Source: Candidatus Peribacteria bacterium
Lineage (GTDB): Bacteria; Patescibacteriota; Gracilibacteria; Peribacterales; Peribacteraceae
Length of the DNA: 64,000 bases
Assembly: GCA_041691135.1 (NCBI GenBank)
Contig: JBEPVF010000002.1
Coordinates: 64,001-128,000 of the forward strand
Reading direction: 5' to 3'
This document shows positions 19,859 through 30,481 of this stretch, piece after piece; within the stretch, counting starts at the first letter, position 1; each line of letters begins with the position of its first letter. Both the position numbers and the translations under genes were made by a program. The notes beneath the pieces are model-generated. The model did no database searches and was not told the origin of the DNA. It saw only the letters and a program-made list of their open reading frames with translations.

Positions 19859-20209
19859 ATGATTACTTTTCCACCTCCACAGGACACTCCCCAGGAACAA
19901 ACAGCGCCCGATCCTCCTGCTCCACACGAGAAGGCGATGGTCGGATCATTGCAAGTCGGCTTTAATGAACAATGTTACTGGGCATGGACTATCGGAATGG
20001 CTCTGGCACCCAATGGCGAACGACGGGCCAGTGAATTCATTGTTGTTCCGCGCACGCCGCTGTCGAGATTGAATGCTGCGGATGTTCAATGGCCGCATGA
20101 GAAAGATGTGCGCGCCAGAGTACTTGCACTCATCGCGCAGCAAACGAATCAAAGTGCAACGAATGACGGAACGATCGACGTGCCTCTCGCTGTCCCCGTT
20201 TTTACATGA
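19859..20209 (+). CDS. Hypothetical protein downstream of the attenuator
   Basis: 116-aa ORF with Pro-rich N-terminus. Confidence 0.6.
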   Translation: MITFPPPQDTPQEQTAPDPPAPHEKAMVGSLQVGFNEQCYWAWTIGMALAPNGERRASEFIVVPRTPLSRLNAADVQWPHEKDVRARVLALIAQQTNQSATNDGTIDVPLAVPVFT

Positions 20210-20271
20210 ACGAGAAGGTATTGCGAATTTTTAGTCAGAGAGGAATATACATTGCACTTTCCCCATTCTCC

Positions 20272-20823
20272 ATGAAACTTCGGCTCCCCCTTTTAATCGG
20301 CGCACTCGCCTTCATCGCCACGCCCGCGTTCGCGGCCACACTCATGAGTGGTGATAATGTCTCGCTCAAAAATCCGGTGAACGACGATCTGTATATGGCG
20401 GGCAGTTCACTGTCCATCAATAAAGATATCAACGGCGACGTGGCTGGCCAAGTACGGGCCGAGCCGTGGTGGAATCTCTTCTACGGATTTGTATACCTCG
20501 TCCTCACTCCCTTTATCGGCATGCTCTTGATGGTGACGATCTTCGGCTTGCCGCTGGGAGTACTGACTCTGGTGCTCTACGTCTTCTCGATTATCTTCCT
20601 GGCACCGGTCACGGCACTCGTGCTGACGAAACTGACGCAGGATTACTACAAGACCAAGTGGGGCAAAGGCATGGTGTTCCTGATCAGCATCGGCTTCTAC
20701 ATTGTCCTGAAGCTCCTCAACCTGGTGCCGGTTATCGGCTGGGTTGCCAAACTCCTCCTATACGCCGTCGTATTGGGCGCACTGTGCGTGACGAAGACGA
20801 AGAAGATGCAGAAAATTCTGTAA
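20272..20823 (+). CDS. Membrane protein with truncated bactofilin-like (polymer-forming) N-region, probably internally deleted
   Basis: Signal peptide, DDLYMAGSSLSINKDINGDV, then directly the TM block ending VPVIGW. Confidence 0.65.
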   Translation: MKLRLPLLIGALAFIATPAFAATLMSGDNVSLKNPVNDDLYMAGSSLSINKDINGDVAGQVRAEPWWNLFYGFVYLVLTPFIGMLLMVTIFGLPLGVLTLVLYVFSIIFLAPVTALVLTKLTQDYYKTKWGKGMVFLISIGFYIVLKLLNLVPVIGWVAKLLLYAVVLGALCVTKTKKMQKIL

Positions 20824-20839
20824 TGCTGCATACAACGAC

Positions 20840-20874
20840 CCCTGTAGAGATGTCATCATGGCGTCTCTACAGGG
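20840..20874. repeat. GTAG-type REP-like palindrome, possibly a bidirectional terminator
   Basis: CCCTGTAGAGATGTCATCATGGCGTCTCTACAGGG; overlaps the stop of the M20 gene. Confidence 0.7.
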
Positions 20875-21955
20875 ACGTTAATAATCGTCGATTGATTTCC
20901 ACGTGCTGCAACAAAGATTCGATGGATACCCATTCCTCTGCGCTGTGCAGTCCTCCGCCGCGCGGACCGTAGATGAAGGCGGGTACACCGTACGCATCAA
21001 AGTAACGCGCATCCGTTGTGCCATGCTCCCTGCCGATGTCGACGGTGTGACCCAGCACTTCTTCGGAAATATGTTTGACCCTCTGCACCATCGGATGCTG
21101 CGCTTCCATGAAGAGCGGATCGGCAAGACGTACGACTTGAAGCCGGCAACCTGTCGGCAATACCGCTGCCACACGGTTCAGCGCCTCTTTCGTAGTGGCA
21201 CAGACGGATTTAGGAAAACGAATGTCGAGCGTGCAGCTGGCGACGTCTGCCACCTGATTCGGTGCATCGCTCGCATGGAGCTGCGTGGGCGTGATAGTCA
21301 TCTGCCAGTCGTCAGCCGTACCGGCCGGAAATTCTACATGCAGCTTCTGCAGTGCATCGGCAAGGAGTGGAATGGGATTCTTGCTCTGCCATGGTGACGC
21401 CCCGTGACCGCTGCGTCCTTGTGCCTGGAGCTCGGCCCATACGACGCCTTTATGTTCAGTGATGATGTCGGGCGCACTGCCGGAGTCGGGTGTGTACCCT
21501 ACGGGAATGTTGGCGAACAAACCTTTATCGAACAACATGGGAATAGTCGTGCCGCCGATTTCCTCGTCACTCGTCAGCAGAATGCTCACCGGTGGAAATT
21601 TCCGTGTGGCGCGCACAAATTCGCGATACGCAAGCAACAGCGTCAGTGTTGCGCCCTTCATGTCTTTCACTCCGCGACCCCATGCCGTATCGCCGTCTAC
21701 GCGCAATGCGTACTGCGTCTCGTTGGCCGGAACAACATCGAAGTGTGCAAACCACAACAATGCCGGCGATGGATGCGCCAAAAAAAGATACGGCGCACCC
21801 TGATGTTCGCCCCGATGAACAGGAAGCATGACATCATGGAAAAAATTTTCCTCGATCCATTGCAGACACTGTTTCTTCTGATCGCTCTGAGATGCGACTG
21901 ACTTGAATGCAATGAACTGCTCAAGGTATGACAAAAATTCTTCGTGCATGTGCAT
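20867..21955 (-). CDS. M20 family metallopeptidase/deacylase (ArgE/DapE-like)
   Basis: AHFDVV, GRGVKDMKG, DEEIGG, GHGAS, TDAR, GLHSAEEWV. Confidence 0.9.
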   Translation of the reverse strand: MHMHEEFLSYLEQFIAFKSVASQSDQKKQCLQWIEENFFHDVMLPVHRGEHQGAPYLFLAHPSPALLWFAHFDVVPANETQYALRVDGDTAWGRGVKDMKGATLTLLLAYREFVRATRKFPPVSILLTSDEEIGGTTIPMLFDKGLFANIPVGYTPDSGSAPDIITEHKGVVWAELQAQGRSGHGASPWQSKNPIPLLADALQKLHVEFPAGTADDWQMTITPTQLHASDAPNQVADVASCTLDIRFPKSVCATTKEALNRVAAVLPTGCRLQVVRLADPLFMEAQHPMVQRVKHISEEVLGHTVDIGREHGTTDARYFDAYGVPAFIYGPRGGGLHSAEEWVSIESLLQHVEINRRLLTSL

Positions 21956-22023
21956 AGTGTAGTGACAGCACATCAGACGCGTGAAGGCGGAATTTATGAC
22001 ATCAAGTTTTTGGCTTTCCTTAG

Positions 22024-22062
22024 CAAAAAAATAACGCCGTCACTCCTGAGAGAAACGACGTT
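22024..22062 (-). terminator. Rho-independent terminator of the Lys-rich mini-gene
   Basis: Minus strand AACGTCGT..GACGGCGTT followed by ATTTTTTT. Confidence 0.65.
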
Positions 22063-22080
22063 ACCTTTCAAAAGAAACGA

Positions 22081-22167
22081 CTACCTTTTTTTCTTTTTCG
22101 TCGTTTTCTTCTTTTTAGAAGCAGCCTTTTTCTTAGGAGCTGCCTTCTTCTTTTTCTTAGCGGCCAT
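22081..22167 (-). CDS. 28-aa Lys-rich histone H1-like mini-protein
   Basis: MAAKKKKKAAPKKKAASKKKKTTKKKKR, with its own terminator. Confidence 0.7.
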   Translation of the reverse strand: MAAKKKKKAAPKKKAASKKKKTTKKKKR

Positions 22168-22439
22168 GGTAGAAGAGGGGAAATAAAAATTAAACTTCTG
22201 AAAATGTACGACGTTCGCAAAAAAAATGCGAGCACTTCGTGCAGCACTAAATAGAAATTGTGATGATGTTATTGATCGAGGAATTTTTTTCAAAAAAGTT
22301 TTTCATCACATTGTTGATGATGTGTGAAGTGCAGGACGAGAAAAAGTGACGTGAAATTTTTTTGTAATAAATTTTTTTCCGATCATTTATTGAAAATTTT
22401 ATTTCAACAGAATGAATTTTTTCTCTTCACTTTCCTCTC

Positions 22440-22840
22440 CACTACACCCAGGCGGCCCTACGCCGCCTAACTTCTTCGCACGCTCACAATTCCAGGCAAA
22501 CACCCCTCCGCCTATGTGGTGGGGATGAGTGGGTACGAATGTTGGTGGAGCATGCCGTAGGCGCTCCGCCGATATGAGGTGGGTCATAGGCGGTGCGCTT
22601 CTTTTTGGTTCTTTTTCTTGTCGCGGGGAGTCAAGAAAAAGAACACCAGTGGTGACTGGGAAGGTTGGTGCAGGAAAATATCTCAGACACCGCAGCCGGG
22701 GACGGCTGCTGCTACGGGTGAATGCCCAACATCCGCGGGTAGAAAACCCTCTCCCCTAGAGAAAATTGAGATAAGGAATATTGAGACAAGAAATGATGAA
22801 GGCATAGAACACAACCGCGCCAAGAGATGGCGCTCTCTAG
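22440..22840 (+). repeat. Structured non-coding repeat, copy 1 (putative RNA plus 3 REP-like modules)
   Basis: Homologous to 39361-39698 and 50509-50780; covarying stems. Confidence 0.85.
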
Positions 22841-22861
22841 GAGGAATAGAGAATCATTGAA

Positions 22862-24070
22862 CTACACGTGCCGCAATAAATGACCCATCTTCTCTTTCTT
22901 GGTCTTCATATACTTCCGCTGTCGATCCGACTTCGGTGCCAACTCGATTGGAATCTGCTCGGTCACTTCCAATCCATATCCCTGCAAGGCTACCATTTTC
23001 TTAGGATTATTGGTGAGCAATCGCATACGGCCGACGCCGACGTCTTTTAATATTTGCGCGCCAATACCGTACTCCCGCAGATCCTCCGGCAAACCCAATT
23101 GCTCATTAGCCTCCACTGTATCCAATCCGGTGTCTTGCAAGGCATAGGCTTTGATCTTGTTGGCGAGTCCGATACCACGTCCTTCCTGGCGCAGGTAGAG
23201 CAAGACGCCTCTTCCTTCCTTGGCAATTCGGCTCATTGCCTCGTGGAGTTGTTCGCCGCAATCACAGTAGTGAGACGCAAAGACGTCGCCGGTAAGGCAT
23301 TCGGAATGCACGCGAACCAACACCGGATCCTCGGGATTGAATGTTCCCTTCACCAGGGCAACATGATCTCTTCCCCCTACCGTATCGCCGTACACGCGAA
23401 TCTTCCACGGACCAGTATCGGTGTCGATATTCGATTCGGCCTCCAAACGGATGTATGACTCATGCTTGCGGCGCCAGGCAATAAGATCGGCGATCGAAAT
23501 GATCGGCATGGCATGTTCCTGGGCGAACTCCATGAGCGCGGGTAACCGCATCATCGTTCCATTGTCGTGCATAAGTTCGCTGAGCACACCTGCGGGACGC
23601 AGACCCGCCAACTTGCACAAATCAATCGTCGCCTCGGTATGTCCGGTACGGACGAGAACACCGCCATCCTGTGCTCGCAACGGAAAGACATGTCCCGGAC
23701 GGCGTAAATCTTCGGGGGTTGCTGCCGGATTGATCGCCGCCAAAATCGTTCGTGCGCGATCGTGCGCCGAAATACCAGTCGTTACCCCTTCAGTCGCTTC
23801 GATACTGACAGTGAAGGCGGTACCGAATTTGGAGTTGTTGTGAGACAACATCGGCGGCAGTGCCAGTTGGTCGGCAACCTCGTTGCTTAAGGGCATGCAT
23901 ACCACACCACCCGTGTAGCGGATCATGAATGCCATTTTTTCTTCGGTGATGAACTCAGCAGCCAGAACCAGATCGCCTTCGTTCTCACGATTTTCATCAT
24001 CCACCACGATCACGAATTTTCCTTCTCGCATCGTATCGATGGCCTCGGCTACGGAAGAGAGTTCTGACAT
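22862..24070 (-). CDS. ribBA: Bifunctional DHBP synthase / GTP cyclohydrolase II
   Basis: [58 protein letters not shown]. Confidence 0.97.
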   Translation of the reverse strand: MSELSSVAEAIDTMREGKFVIVVDDENRENEGDLVLAAEFITEEKMAFMIRYTGGVVCMPLSNEVADQLALPPMLSHNNSKFGTAFTVSIEATEGVTTGISAHDRARTILAAINPAATPEDLRRPGHVFPLRAQDGGVLVRTGHTEATIDLCKLAGLRPAGVLSELMHDNGTMMRLPALMEFAQEHAMPIISIADLIAWRRKHESYIRLEAESNIDTDTGPWKIRVYGDTVGGRDHVALVKGTFNPEDPVLVRVHSECLTGDVFASHYCDCGEQLHEAMSRIAKEGRGVLLYLRQEGRGIGLANKIKAYALQDTGLDTVEANEQLGLPEDLREYGIGAQILKDVGVGRMRLLTNNPKKMVALQGYGLEVTEQIPIELAPKSDRQRKYMKTKKEKMGHLLRHV

Positions 24071-24135
24071 AGAGTGTCAGCCTAGCACAGCCAACGGAGA
24101 TTTTGTAGGCAGGGAAACTGTATCTTTTTCAATAC

Positions 24136-25557
24136 TTACTTCTTCAAACTAACCGTATAGAGCTCCTTTTTCACACTCGGTGATAACAGCGAATCACGCG
24201 ACACGGCGACCACGTATGTACCAGACGGATACACATACGACTGATTGCAACTGGGCTCGGTGAAGCCGAACAGATCCACATTGTCGAGCGGGTAAATGGT
24301 ACACCCCAAGGTGTCCGTGCTCACAAGCTGCAGCGTCATCGTTTGTCCAGTCGTGCCGGCGCTCGACACATTGAACTTGTAGTAGTTCTGCAAGTTGCCG
24401 GCTTCCAAGCCTTCGGTGCGCACTTTCACCGTATCAAGACTCACCGCCTGCGAAAAACCATCGTTGCCATCTCCTTTGCCTGTCTTCACGACGACGTTGA
24501 ACTTCGCACCGGCCGTACTCGGCTGCAACTGCAACTGATACTTTCCCGCCGTCAACGTGGTGAGGAAGGCGCAATTGCCCTGATTCATGTAAGCCGAGTA
24601 ATACTCGACGGAAAAACCGGTATCTTCCAAGCGGTACAACCGACACGTGAGCGACACCGCCGTTCCCGGCACGAACGTGACGGCCACATCGAGCGTCGTC
24701 ATTTGCTGCAGATTGAACTGGTACGAAAGGGACTTCTTCGCGTCGAATGTCTGCGCATCAGTGAAGGGAACGGAGACGCTGAGGATCTGCGCCGGCGTCG
24801 ATGAGACACTGCCATTGGTGCCTAACGCACGCGATGAGGATGAATTCGCTGCGGAAGCATTTGCCGCCGCGGAGCTGGCTGCGGCTACAATGGCGGCCGA
24901 ACTCTGGCTTTCCTGTTGCTGCAGTTGCTCTTTCAGACGAACACGCAGGGCGCTGTTGATGTAGGCCGCCGCTTCGCCACGACTGAGCGGCGTATTGGGA
25001 TTGAAGCTCTTCCCGATTTCGCCTCCCGCCGGCAGCACTGTCTTTTGATACGCGGCGTTTACGTAGTTATAAAACCAATCGGTCGCCTTCACGTCATCGA
25101 ACATGGGCGGAAGATAATCTTTGACGCCGGCCAATGTCATATCAAACTCGAAGATTTTCAGGATCATCTTAAGCGCCTGTGCGCGCGTGACCGGCATGTC
25201 GGGCCCGAAATTACCGTCGCCGATACCTTGCACGTAGTTCATGTTGAGCGCGGCACAAATGAATCGCTCGGCCCAGTGTCCGGCTACAACATCCTTGGCA
25301 CACTGACGCTCGGGTTCGGGCGGCTCAAAATTTATCGCCTTGTAGATCATTTTGATCATCGCCGCGCGACTTACCGGATAGCTGGGACGGAACGTGCCAT
25401 CCGGATATCCTACGATCACGCCCTTGTCCGCCAGTGATTCCACCGCATCCCGATAGAGGTAATCCGAGGGAACATCGGAAAAGGTCTTCGCGTGAGCGGT
25501 TGTGACTGATAGCAGCAGGAAGAACGGAACAAATGGAAAGACACGAAAGAGGCGCAT
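24136..25557 (-). CDS. SLH-domain cell-surface protein
   Basis: Signal peptide; three SLH repeats (FSDVP..GYPDGTFRP..SRA; GIGDGNFGP..TRAQ; FNPNTPLSRGE); Ser/Ala linker; beta-rich C-domains. Confidence 0.9.
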   Translation of the reverse strand: MRLFRVFPFVPFFLLLSVTTAHAKTFSDVPSDYLYRDAVESLADKGVIVGYPDGTFRPSYPVSRAAMIKMIYKAINFEPPEPERQCAKDVVAGHWAERFICAALNMNYVQGIGDGNFGPDMPVTRAQALKMILKIFEFDMTLAGVKDYLPPMFDDVKATDWFYNYVNAAYQKTVLPAGGEIGKSFNPNTPLSRGEAAAYINSALRVRLKEQLQQQESQSSAAIVAAASSAAANASAANSSSSRALGTNGSVSSTPAQILSVSVPFTDAQTFDAKKSLSYQFNLQQMTTLDVAVTFVPGTAVSLTCRLYRLEDTGFSVEYYSAYMNQGNCAFLTTLTAGKYQLQLQPSTAGAKFNVVVKTGKGDGNDGFSQAVSLDTVKVRTEGLEAGNLQNYYKFNVSSAGTTGQTMTLQLVSTDTLGCTIYPLDNVDLFGFTEPSCNQSYVYPSGTYVVAVSRDSLLSPSVKKELYTVSLKK

Positions 25558-25604
25558 ACGTACGAGTGGGTGAAGCAGTTTTGATCGTACGTTGAACACT
25601 TTCG

Positions 25605-26090
25605 TTATTCAATTCCCGGCTGCATGATCGCCTTGAGCACTTGCAGCGATTGTAGTACTGCATACGCCGCTTCCACTCCTTTATTATTTTCACCTATGGA
25701 GCGTGTCCGCGCGTCCTTCAAATCATTGACGTACAGGACTTCGAAGGCGAACGGGAGGATATATTTCATCTGCACATCCATCATGGCCGCCGTCACATTT
25801 TCTGCGAGCAATCGGGCGTGCTGCGTCTGTCCTTCCACAATAATCCCCAGTCCGATCAGCCCATCCACCTGCCCGGACTGTGCCAGAGCAGCTCCGATGA
25901 GAGGAATTTCAAAAGAGCCGGGTACCCGGTGAATCATGATGTGTTCATCAGGGATACCTGCCGACGTGAGGGTTTTGATAGCCCCTTCGACCAGCCCATC
26001 GATCTCCTCCTTATAAAAAGAAGACGCGACGATACCAATGCGCCAATCGGGATTCGCTTGGAGTGCCGGTGGAGTGAGGCTGCGTTCCAT
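25605..26090 (-). CDS. ribH: 6,7-dimethyl-8-ribityllumazine synthase
   Basis: RIGIVASSF, VPGSFEIP, LGIIVEGQTQH, NKGVEAA. Confidence 0.93.
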   Translation of the reverse strand: MERSLTPPALQANPDWRIGIVASSFYKEEIDGLVEGAIKTLTSAGIPDEHIMIHRVPGSFEIPLIGAALAQSGQVDGLIGLGIIVEGQTQHARLLAENVTAAMMDVQMKYILPFAFEVLYVNDLKDARTRSIGENNKGVEAAYAVLQSLQVLKAIMQPGIE

Positions 26091-26094
26091 TGAT

Positions 26095-26673
26095 TTACCT
26101 ATGCGCGAGAAGAGCAGCAGTATACCGACCAAGCACGTCAGTCTCAATGTTCACGTGGTCCTGCGGCTTTACGTTGCCGAGCGTCGTGTGCTGCAGCGTA
26201 TGGGGAATCAGAGCAATGGAAAGATGTGCCCCGTTGATGGATGCCACGGTGAGCGACACGCCATCGATGGCGATCGATCCTTTGGGAATGATAGGCGACG
26301 AAAGATCATTCGGCAGCGTCAGATACAGCATGGCTCCGGTTTCTGCTGTGTCCAAACGATCAACGGTTGCCACACCTTCTATATGTCCCTGCACGCTATG
26401 CCCTTCGAAACGGCCGTTCGCGGCCAGCGACCGTTCCAGATTCACCAGGTCACCCACCTGGAGATCGCCAAGCTTCGTCCGAGCCCATGTTTCGGCTACC
26501 ACATCGAATGAAAGCGAATCATGATCAAATTTTGTGATCGATAAACAAGCGCCTGAGACAGAGATACTATTCCCCTCCTTTATATCATCAAAAAATGACG
26601 GACGTTCCACCACCAAACCGCTGGCCGTTTTTTGCCTCACTTTCGCCGTTGCTTCAATGATTCCGGTGAACAT
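26095..26673 (-). CDS. ribE: Riboflavin synthase (alpha chain)
   Basis: MFTGII, GACLS, VNLERSL, KGSIAIDGVSLTV, VNIETD. Confidence 0.97.
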   Translation of the reverse strand: MFTGIIEATAKVRQKTASGLVVERPSFFDDIKEGNSISVSGACLSITKFDHDSLSFDVVAETWARTKLGDLQVGDLVNLERSLAANGRFEGHSVQGHIEGVATVDRLDTAETGAMLYLTLPNDLSSPIIPKGSIAIDGVSLTVASINGAHLSIALIPHTLQHTTLGNVKPQDHVNIETDVLGRYTAALLAHR

Positions 26674-26935
26674 GCTCTGATGCTACAAGTCGGAATTGAA
26701 GAAAGAAAGGATGGAAGCCCTTAAACAAAAATTCCCCGAATCTCCTGATTCCTCTGAATCACTTGAATCTTCCAGTAACTGACATCTCCCTCTTACTTTC
26801 TTCGCCAGAATCAACGAAATATCTGTCCTCTACCCTAGACAAAACTCAATTTTCTCTGTAAACTTCGGCCTCTAGGAGGCCTTCGCGCGAGCGCGGAGCA
26901 TTTTTTGTATGCCTCTTTTTCCTTTCTCCAATCGT

Positions 26936-29866
26936 ATGGACCGTATCATCGTCAAAGGTGCGCGCATGCACAACTTGAAAAACATCGATGTCAGCATTCC
27001 GCGCAATAAACTCACCGTCATAACCGGACTTTCGGGTTCCGGAAAATCGACGCTCGCATTCGATACCATTTTCGCCGAAGGCCAGCGACGCTACGTCGAG
27101 AGCTTATCGGCATACGCACGCCAGTTCATCGCTCAAATGGAGAAGCCCGAAGTGGATTCGATCGAAGGGCTGAGCCCCGCCATTTCGATCGACCAGAAAA
27201 CGGCGCCGCGCAATCCGCGTTCGACCGTGGGAACGGTAACTGAAATCTACGACTATATGCGTCTGCTGTGGGCCAAAGTCGGCAAAGTGCACTGCACCGT
27301 CTGCGGCCGCATCCTCAGTCAGCAATCAGCGAGTCAGATCGTCGACACGATCACCAAAATGACGGACGGGAAGAAAGTTTTTCTCCTGGCACCGGTTGTG
27401 CAGGGCCGCAAGGGCGAGCACGTGAAGATCATCGACTCCATCCGACGCGAAGGTTTCGTACGCATGCGCGTCGACAACCAGATCGTGACGATTGACGAGG
27501 AAGTGAAACTGGATCCCAAAGTGGCGCACACGATCGAGATCGTCGTTGACCGTCTGATCATTCGCGACCTGGAGACGAAAGAGGGCGAGGTAAATCCGAA
27601 CCGCACGCGTCTGGCTGACTCGGTGGAGTTGGCACTGAAGCGCGGCGAAGGATCGCTGATCGTTCTGGATGCTGATACCGACGAGGAGTCGCGCTACTCG
27701 GAATCATTCGTCTGTCCGGACCACCCTAACGAAGACATACCGCAAATCGAACCGCGCAGTTTTTCGTTCAACTCGCCGCATGGCGCATGCGAAAATTGCC
27801 ATGGTATCGGCTCCATTCTGCGCGTGGACGAGACTGCGGTTGTGCCGAATCCGCGACTGTCGCTGGCCGAGGGTGCACTGCATCCATGGGCTACGTCAGC
27901 CAGTCGTATGGGCTATATGACGCAGATGCTGGAAGGACTGGCAGCGGAAATCGGCTTCGATCTGTCGACGCCGTGGAACAAGCTCAAACCTGAACATCAG
28001 CAGACTATCCTGCACGGATACGACAAGCAGATTCACGTCGAAGTGAATACCTACAAATACGGAACGCGCTACGCCACTACGTATGAAGGACTGGTTCCCA
28101 ATTTGGAACGACGACATTCCGAGACGGACAGCAATTACATGCGTCAGCAGATCGAAGAATACATGATGGAGTTGCCCTGCACCGAATGCAACGGCATGCG
28201 CTTGAAGAAAGAAATCCTGGGCGTGACGGTCGGCGACAAGAATATCGTATCGGCAACGGACATGAGCATTGATGAGGCGGAAGAATTTTTTAAGATACTC
28301 ATCCCGGATGTCGGTCCCTCCAACGAAGCCGCCGGCAAAAAAAAGAAGGGCTCCGCAGCCGCGGCGCACGCGTTATCGCTCTCGACGTATGAGTACACGA
28401 TTGTCAAAAAAGTCCTGCAGGAGATCATCGCGCGCCTTACATTTCTGGAGAACGTCGGACTCAAGTATCTAACACTGTCGCGATCGGCCGCCACCTTATC
28501 CGGCGGCGAGGCGCAGCGCATCCGACTGGCGACACAAATCGGTTCGGCCTTGCAGGGCGTGTTATACGTCCTCGACGAACCATCCATCGGCCTGCACCAG
28601 CGCGATAATTCGCGTCTGATTCGCACCATGACCCAGCTGCGCGATTTGGGAAATACGGTAATCGTCGTGGAACACGACGAAGAAACGATCGAAGCAGCGG
28701 ATTATCTGCTCGAAATCGGTCCCGGCGCCGGCAAGTACGGCGGACAGGTGATCGCACAGGGGACGCCCGATGAACTGATCGCAATGGAGAACTCGGTGAC
28801 GGGACAGTATTTGAGCGGCAAGAAGTTCATCGAAGTCCCGACGAAGCGTCGCAAGGGAAACGGGAACTTCATTCGCATTGAGGATGCCCATCATCACAAC
28901 CTGCAACACGTGAACGTCGAATTTCCGCTCGGCACTTTCACCGGTATTTCGGGCGTGTCGGGATCCGGCAAATCGAGTCTGATCCACGGCATTCTGGCAC
29001 CGGAACTCCTGCGTGTACTCAATAAGGCTCACAGCAAGCCGCAGGATGTCGGATCGATCGAAGGACTCCAGCATCTGGATAAAGCGATTGTGATCGACCA
29101 ATCTCCCATCGGCCGCACACCGCGAAGCAATCCGGCCACCTATACCGGCATCTTCACCGATGTGCGCGACATGTACGCCGCGACGCCCGAAGCGAAGTTG
29201 CGCGGTTACAAGCCGGGACGGTTCAGCTTTAACGTGAAGGGCGGCCGCTGCGAAGAGTGTGAAGGCGACGGACTCAAGCGCATCGAAATGCACTTCCTCC
29301 CCGACGTGTTCGTCACGTGCGAAAAATGCCATGGCAAACGGTATAACCGCGAAACACTGGAAATCACCTACAAAGGCAAGAACATCGCCGAAGCGCTGGA
29401 TATGACGATCAGCGAGGGGCTTAATTTCTTCTCGGCCATTCCGTCCATCAGGAGCAAATTGCAGACACTCGAAGACGTCGGTCTCGGCTACATTCACTTG
29501 GGACAGAGTGCCACCACGCTCTCCGGCGGCGAAGCGCAGCGCGTGAAGCTGGCGACCGAACTTACCAAGCGTGCCACCGGCAAAACGTTCTACATTCTGG
29601 ATGAACCGACAACCGGCCTGCACTTCGACGACATCAGCAAACTGCTGGAGGTGCTGCAACGTCTGGTGGACAAGGGCAACACCGTCCTGGTGATCGAGCA
29701 CAACCTCGACGTGCTCAAATGTGTCGACCACGTCATTGACATCGGCCCGGACGGCGGACACGGCGGCGGCCTCGTTGTCGCCACCGGCACGCCGGAAGAA
29801 GTGGCAGAGGTGGAGGCAAGTTACACGGGGCAGTATTTGAAAAAAGTATTAGCCAAAAAAAGGTGA
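26936..29866 (+). CDS. uvrA: Excinuclease ABC subunit A
   Basis: [25 protein letters not shown] twice, GVSGSGKS, Zn fingers. Confidence 0.99.
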   Translation: MDRIIVKGARMHNLKNIDVSIPRNKLTVITGLSGSGKSTLAFDTIFAEGQRRYVESLSAYARQFIAQMEKPEVDSIEGLSPAISIDQKTAPRNPRSTVGTVTEIYDYMRLLWAKVGKVHCTVCGRILSQQSASQIVDTITKMTDGKKVFLLAPVVQGRKGEHVKIIDSIRREGFVRMRVDNQIVTIDEEVKLDPKVAHTIEIVVDRLIIRDLETKEGEVNPNRTRLADSVELALKRGEGSLIVLDADTDEESRYSESFVCPDHPNEDIPQIEPRSFSFNSPHGACENCHGIGSILRVDETAVVPNPRLSLAEGALHPWATSASRMGYMTQMLEGLAAEIGFDLSTPWNKLKPEHQQTILHGYDKQIHVEVNTYKYGTRYATTYEGLVPNLERRHSETDSNYMRQQIEEYMMELPCTECNGMRLKKEILGVTVGDKNIVSATDMSIDEAEEFFKILIPDVGPSNEAAGKKKKGSAAAAHALSLSTYEYTIVKKVLQEIIARLTFLENVGLKYLTLSRSAATLSGGEAQRIRLATQIGSALQGVLYVLDEPSIGLHQRDNSRLIRTMTQLRDLGNTVIVVEHDEETIEAADYLLEIGPGAGKYGGQVIAQGTPDELIAMENSVTGQYLSGKKFIEVPTKRRKGNGNFIRIEDAHHHNLQHVNVEFPLGTFTGISGVSGSGKSSLIHGILAPELLRVLNKAHSKPQDVGSIEGLQHLDKAIVIDQSPIGRTPRSNPATYTGIFTDVRDMYAATPEAKLRGYKPGRFSFNVKGGRCEECEGDGLKRIEMHFLPDVFVTCEKCHGKRYNRETLEITYKGKNIAEALDMTISEGLNFFSAIPSIRSKLQTLEDVGLGYIHLGQSATTLSGGEAQRVKLATELTKRATGKTFYILDEPTTGLHFDDISKLLEVLQRLVDKGNTVLVIEHNLDVLKCVDHVIDIGPDGGHGGGLVVATGTPEEVAEVEASYTGQYLKKVLAKKR

Positions 29867-29990
29867 CCGAAGTGACCGAAGAAACAGAGGTGGCAGAGGA
29901 CGAAAGAGTGTGAGGAGTACTTCTCTGCAATCTTCTACATCTCTATCCTCTGTCACATCGGTAACTCCTGCCACCTCGGTCGCCTCACCT
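29862..29990. repeat. Inverted pair of degenerate 9-mer tandem arrays
   Basis: ggtgaccga-agtgaccga-agaaacaga-ggtggcaga followed by the complementary-type tctgtcaca-tcggtaact-cctgccacc-tcggtcgcc. Confidence 0.7.
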
Positions 29991-30473
29991 ATGATTCGTC
30001 ACTTCACTGCCACCGCCTTCGTCATCGATTCACATAAACGCTGTCTGCTGCTGTGGCATAAGCGGCTGCAGCGCTGGATGCCGCCCGGCGGCCATGTAGA
30101 TGAGAATGAATTGCCGGAAGACTGCGCCAAACGCGAGTGCAAAGAAGAGACCGGGCTCGATGTGGAAATTATCGGCGATGTGCAGGATGATTTATTTGTC
30201 GAGAACAAACACGAGGGACACATGCTCAAGAAACCCATCGCATTACTGCTCGAAAATATTCCAGCCAGCGAAGAACGTGGCGAGCCGGCGCATGAGCATA
30301 TGGATTTTCTGTATCGGGCACGGCTGGTAGACGAAACACAGGCATTGATACTCGACGAAAATGAGGGAAGTGCCTTGCGCTGGTTTACACTTTCGGAGAT
30401 TCAAGTTTTGAAGGAAGACACTGAAATATTCAGCAACGTGAAACGATACATACAAACTCTGCTCTCGGCGTAG
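29991..30473 (+). CDS. NUDIX hydrolase
   Basis: WMPPGGHVDENELPEDCAKRECKEETGL Nudix box. Confidence 0.93.
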   Translation: MIRHFTATAFVIDSHKRCLLLWHKRLQRWMPPGGHVDENELPEDCAKRECKEETGLDVEIIGDVQDDLFVENKHEGHMLKKPIALLLENIPASEERGEPAHEHMDFLYRARLVDETQALILDENEGSALRWFTLSEIQVLKEDTEIFSNVKRYIQTLLSA

Positions 30474-30481
30474 ATTTCTTT

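Noticed and set aside
22399-22860. Short ORFs over the structured repeat copies (also 39188-39782 and 50643-50858)
   Set aside because: Frames are not conserved between copies, and substitutions preserve base pairing rather than codons
26674-26900. FMN riboswitch upstream of ribE, or LexA box upstream of uvrA
   Set aside because: No FMN aptamer motifs or recognisable SOS box; only 9-mer repeats and small GC hairpins
28562-29761. Long antisense or alternate-frame ORFs (e.g. 399 aa in uvrA, 438 aa in the MFS gene, 335 aa in the kinase)
   Set aside because: Shadow ORFs produced by codon bias of the real genes; no motifs
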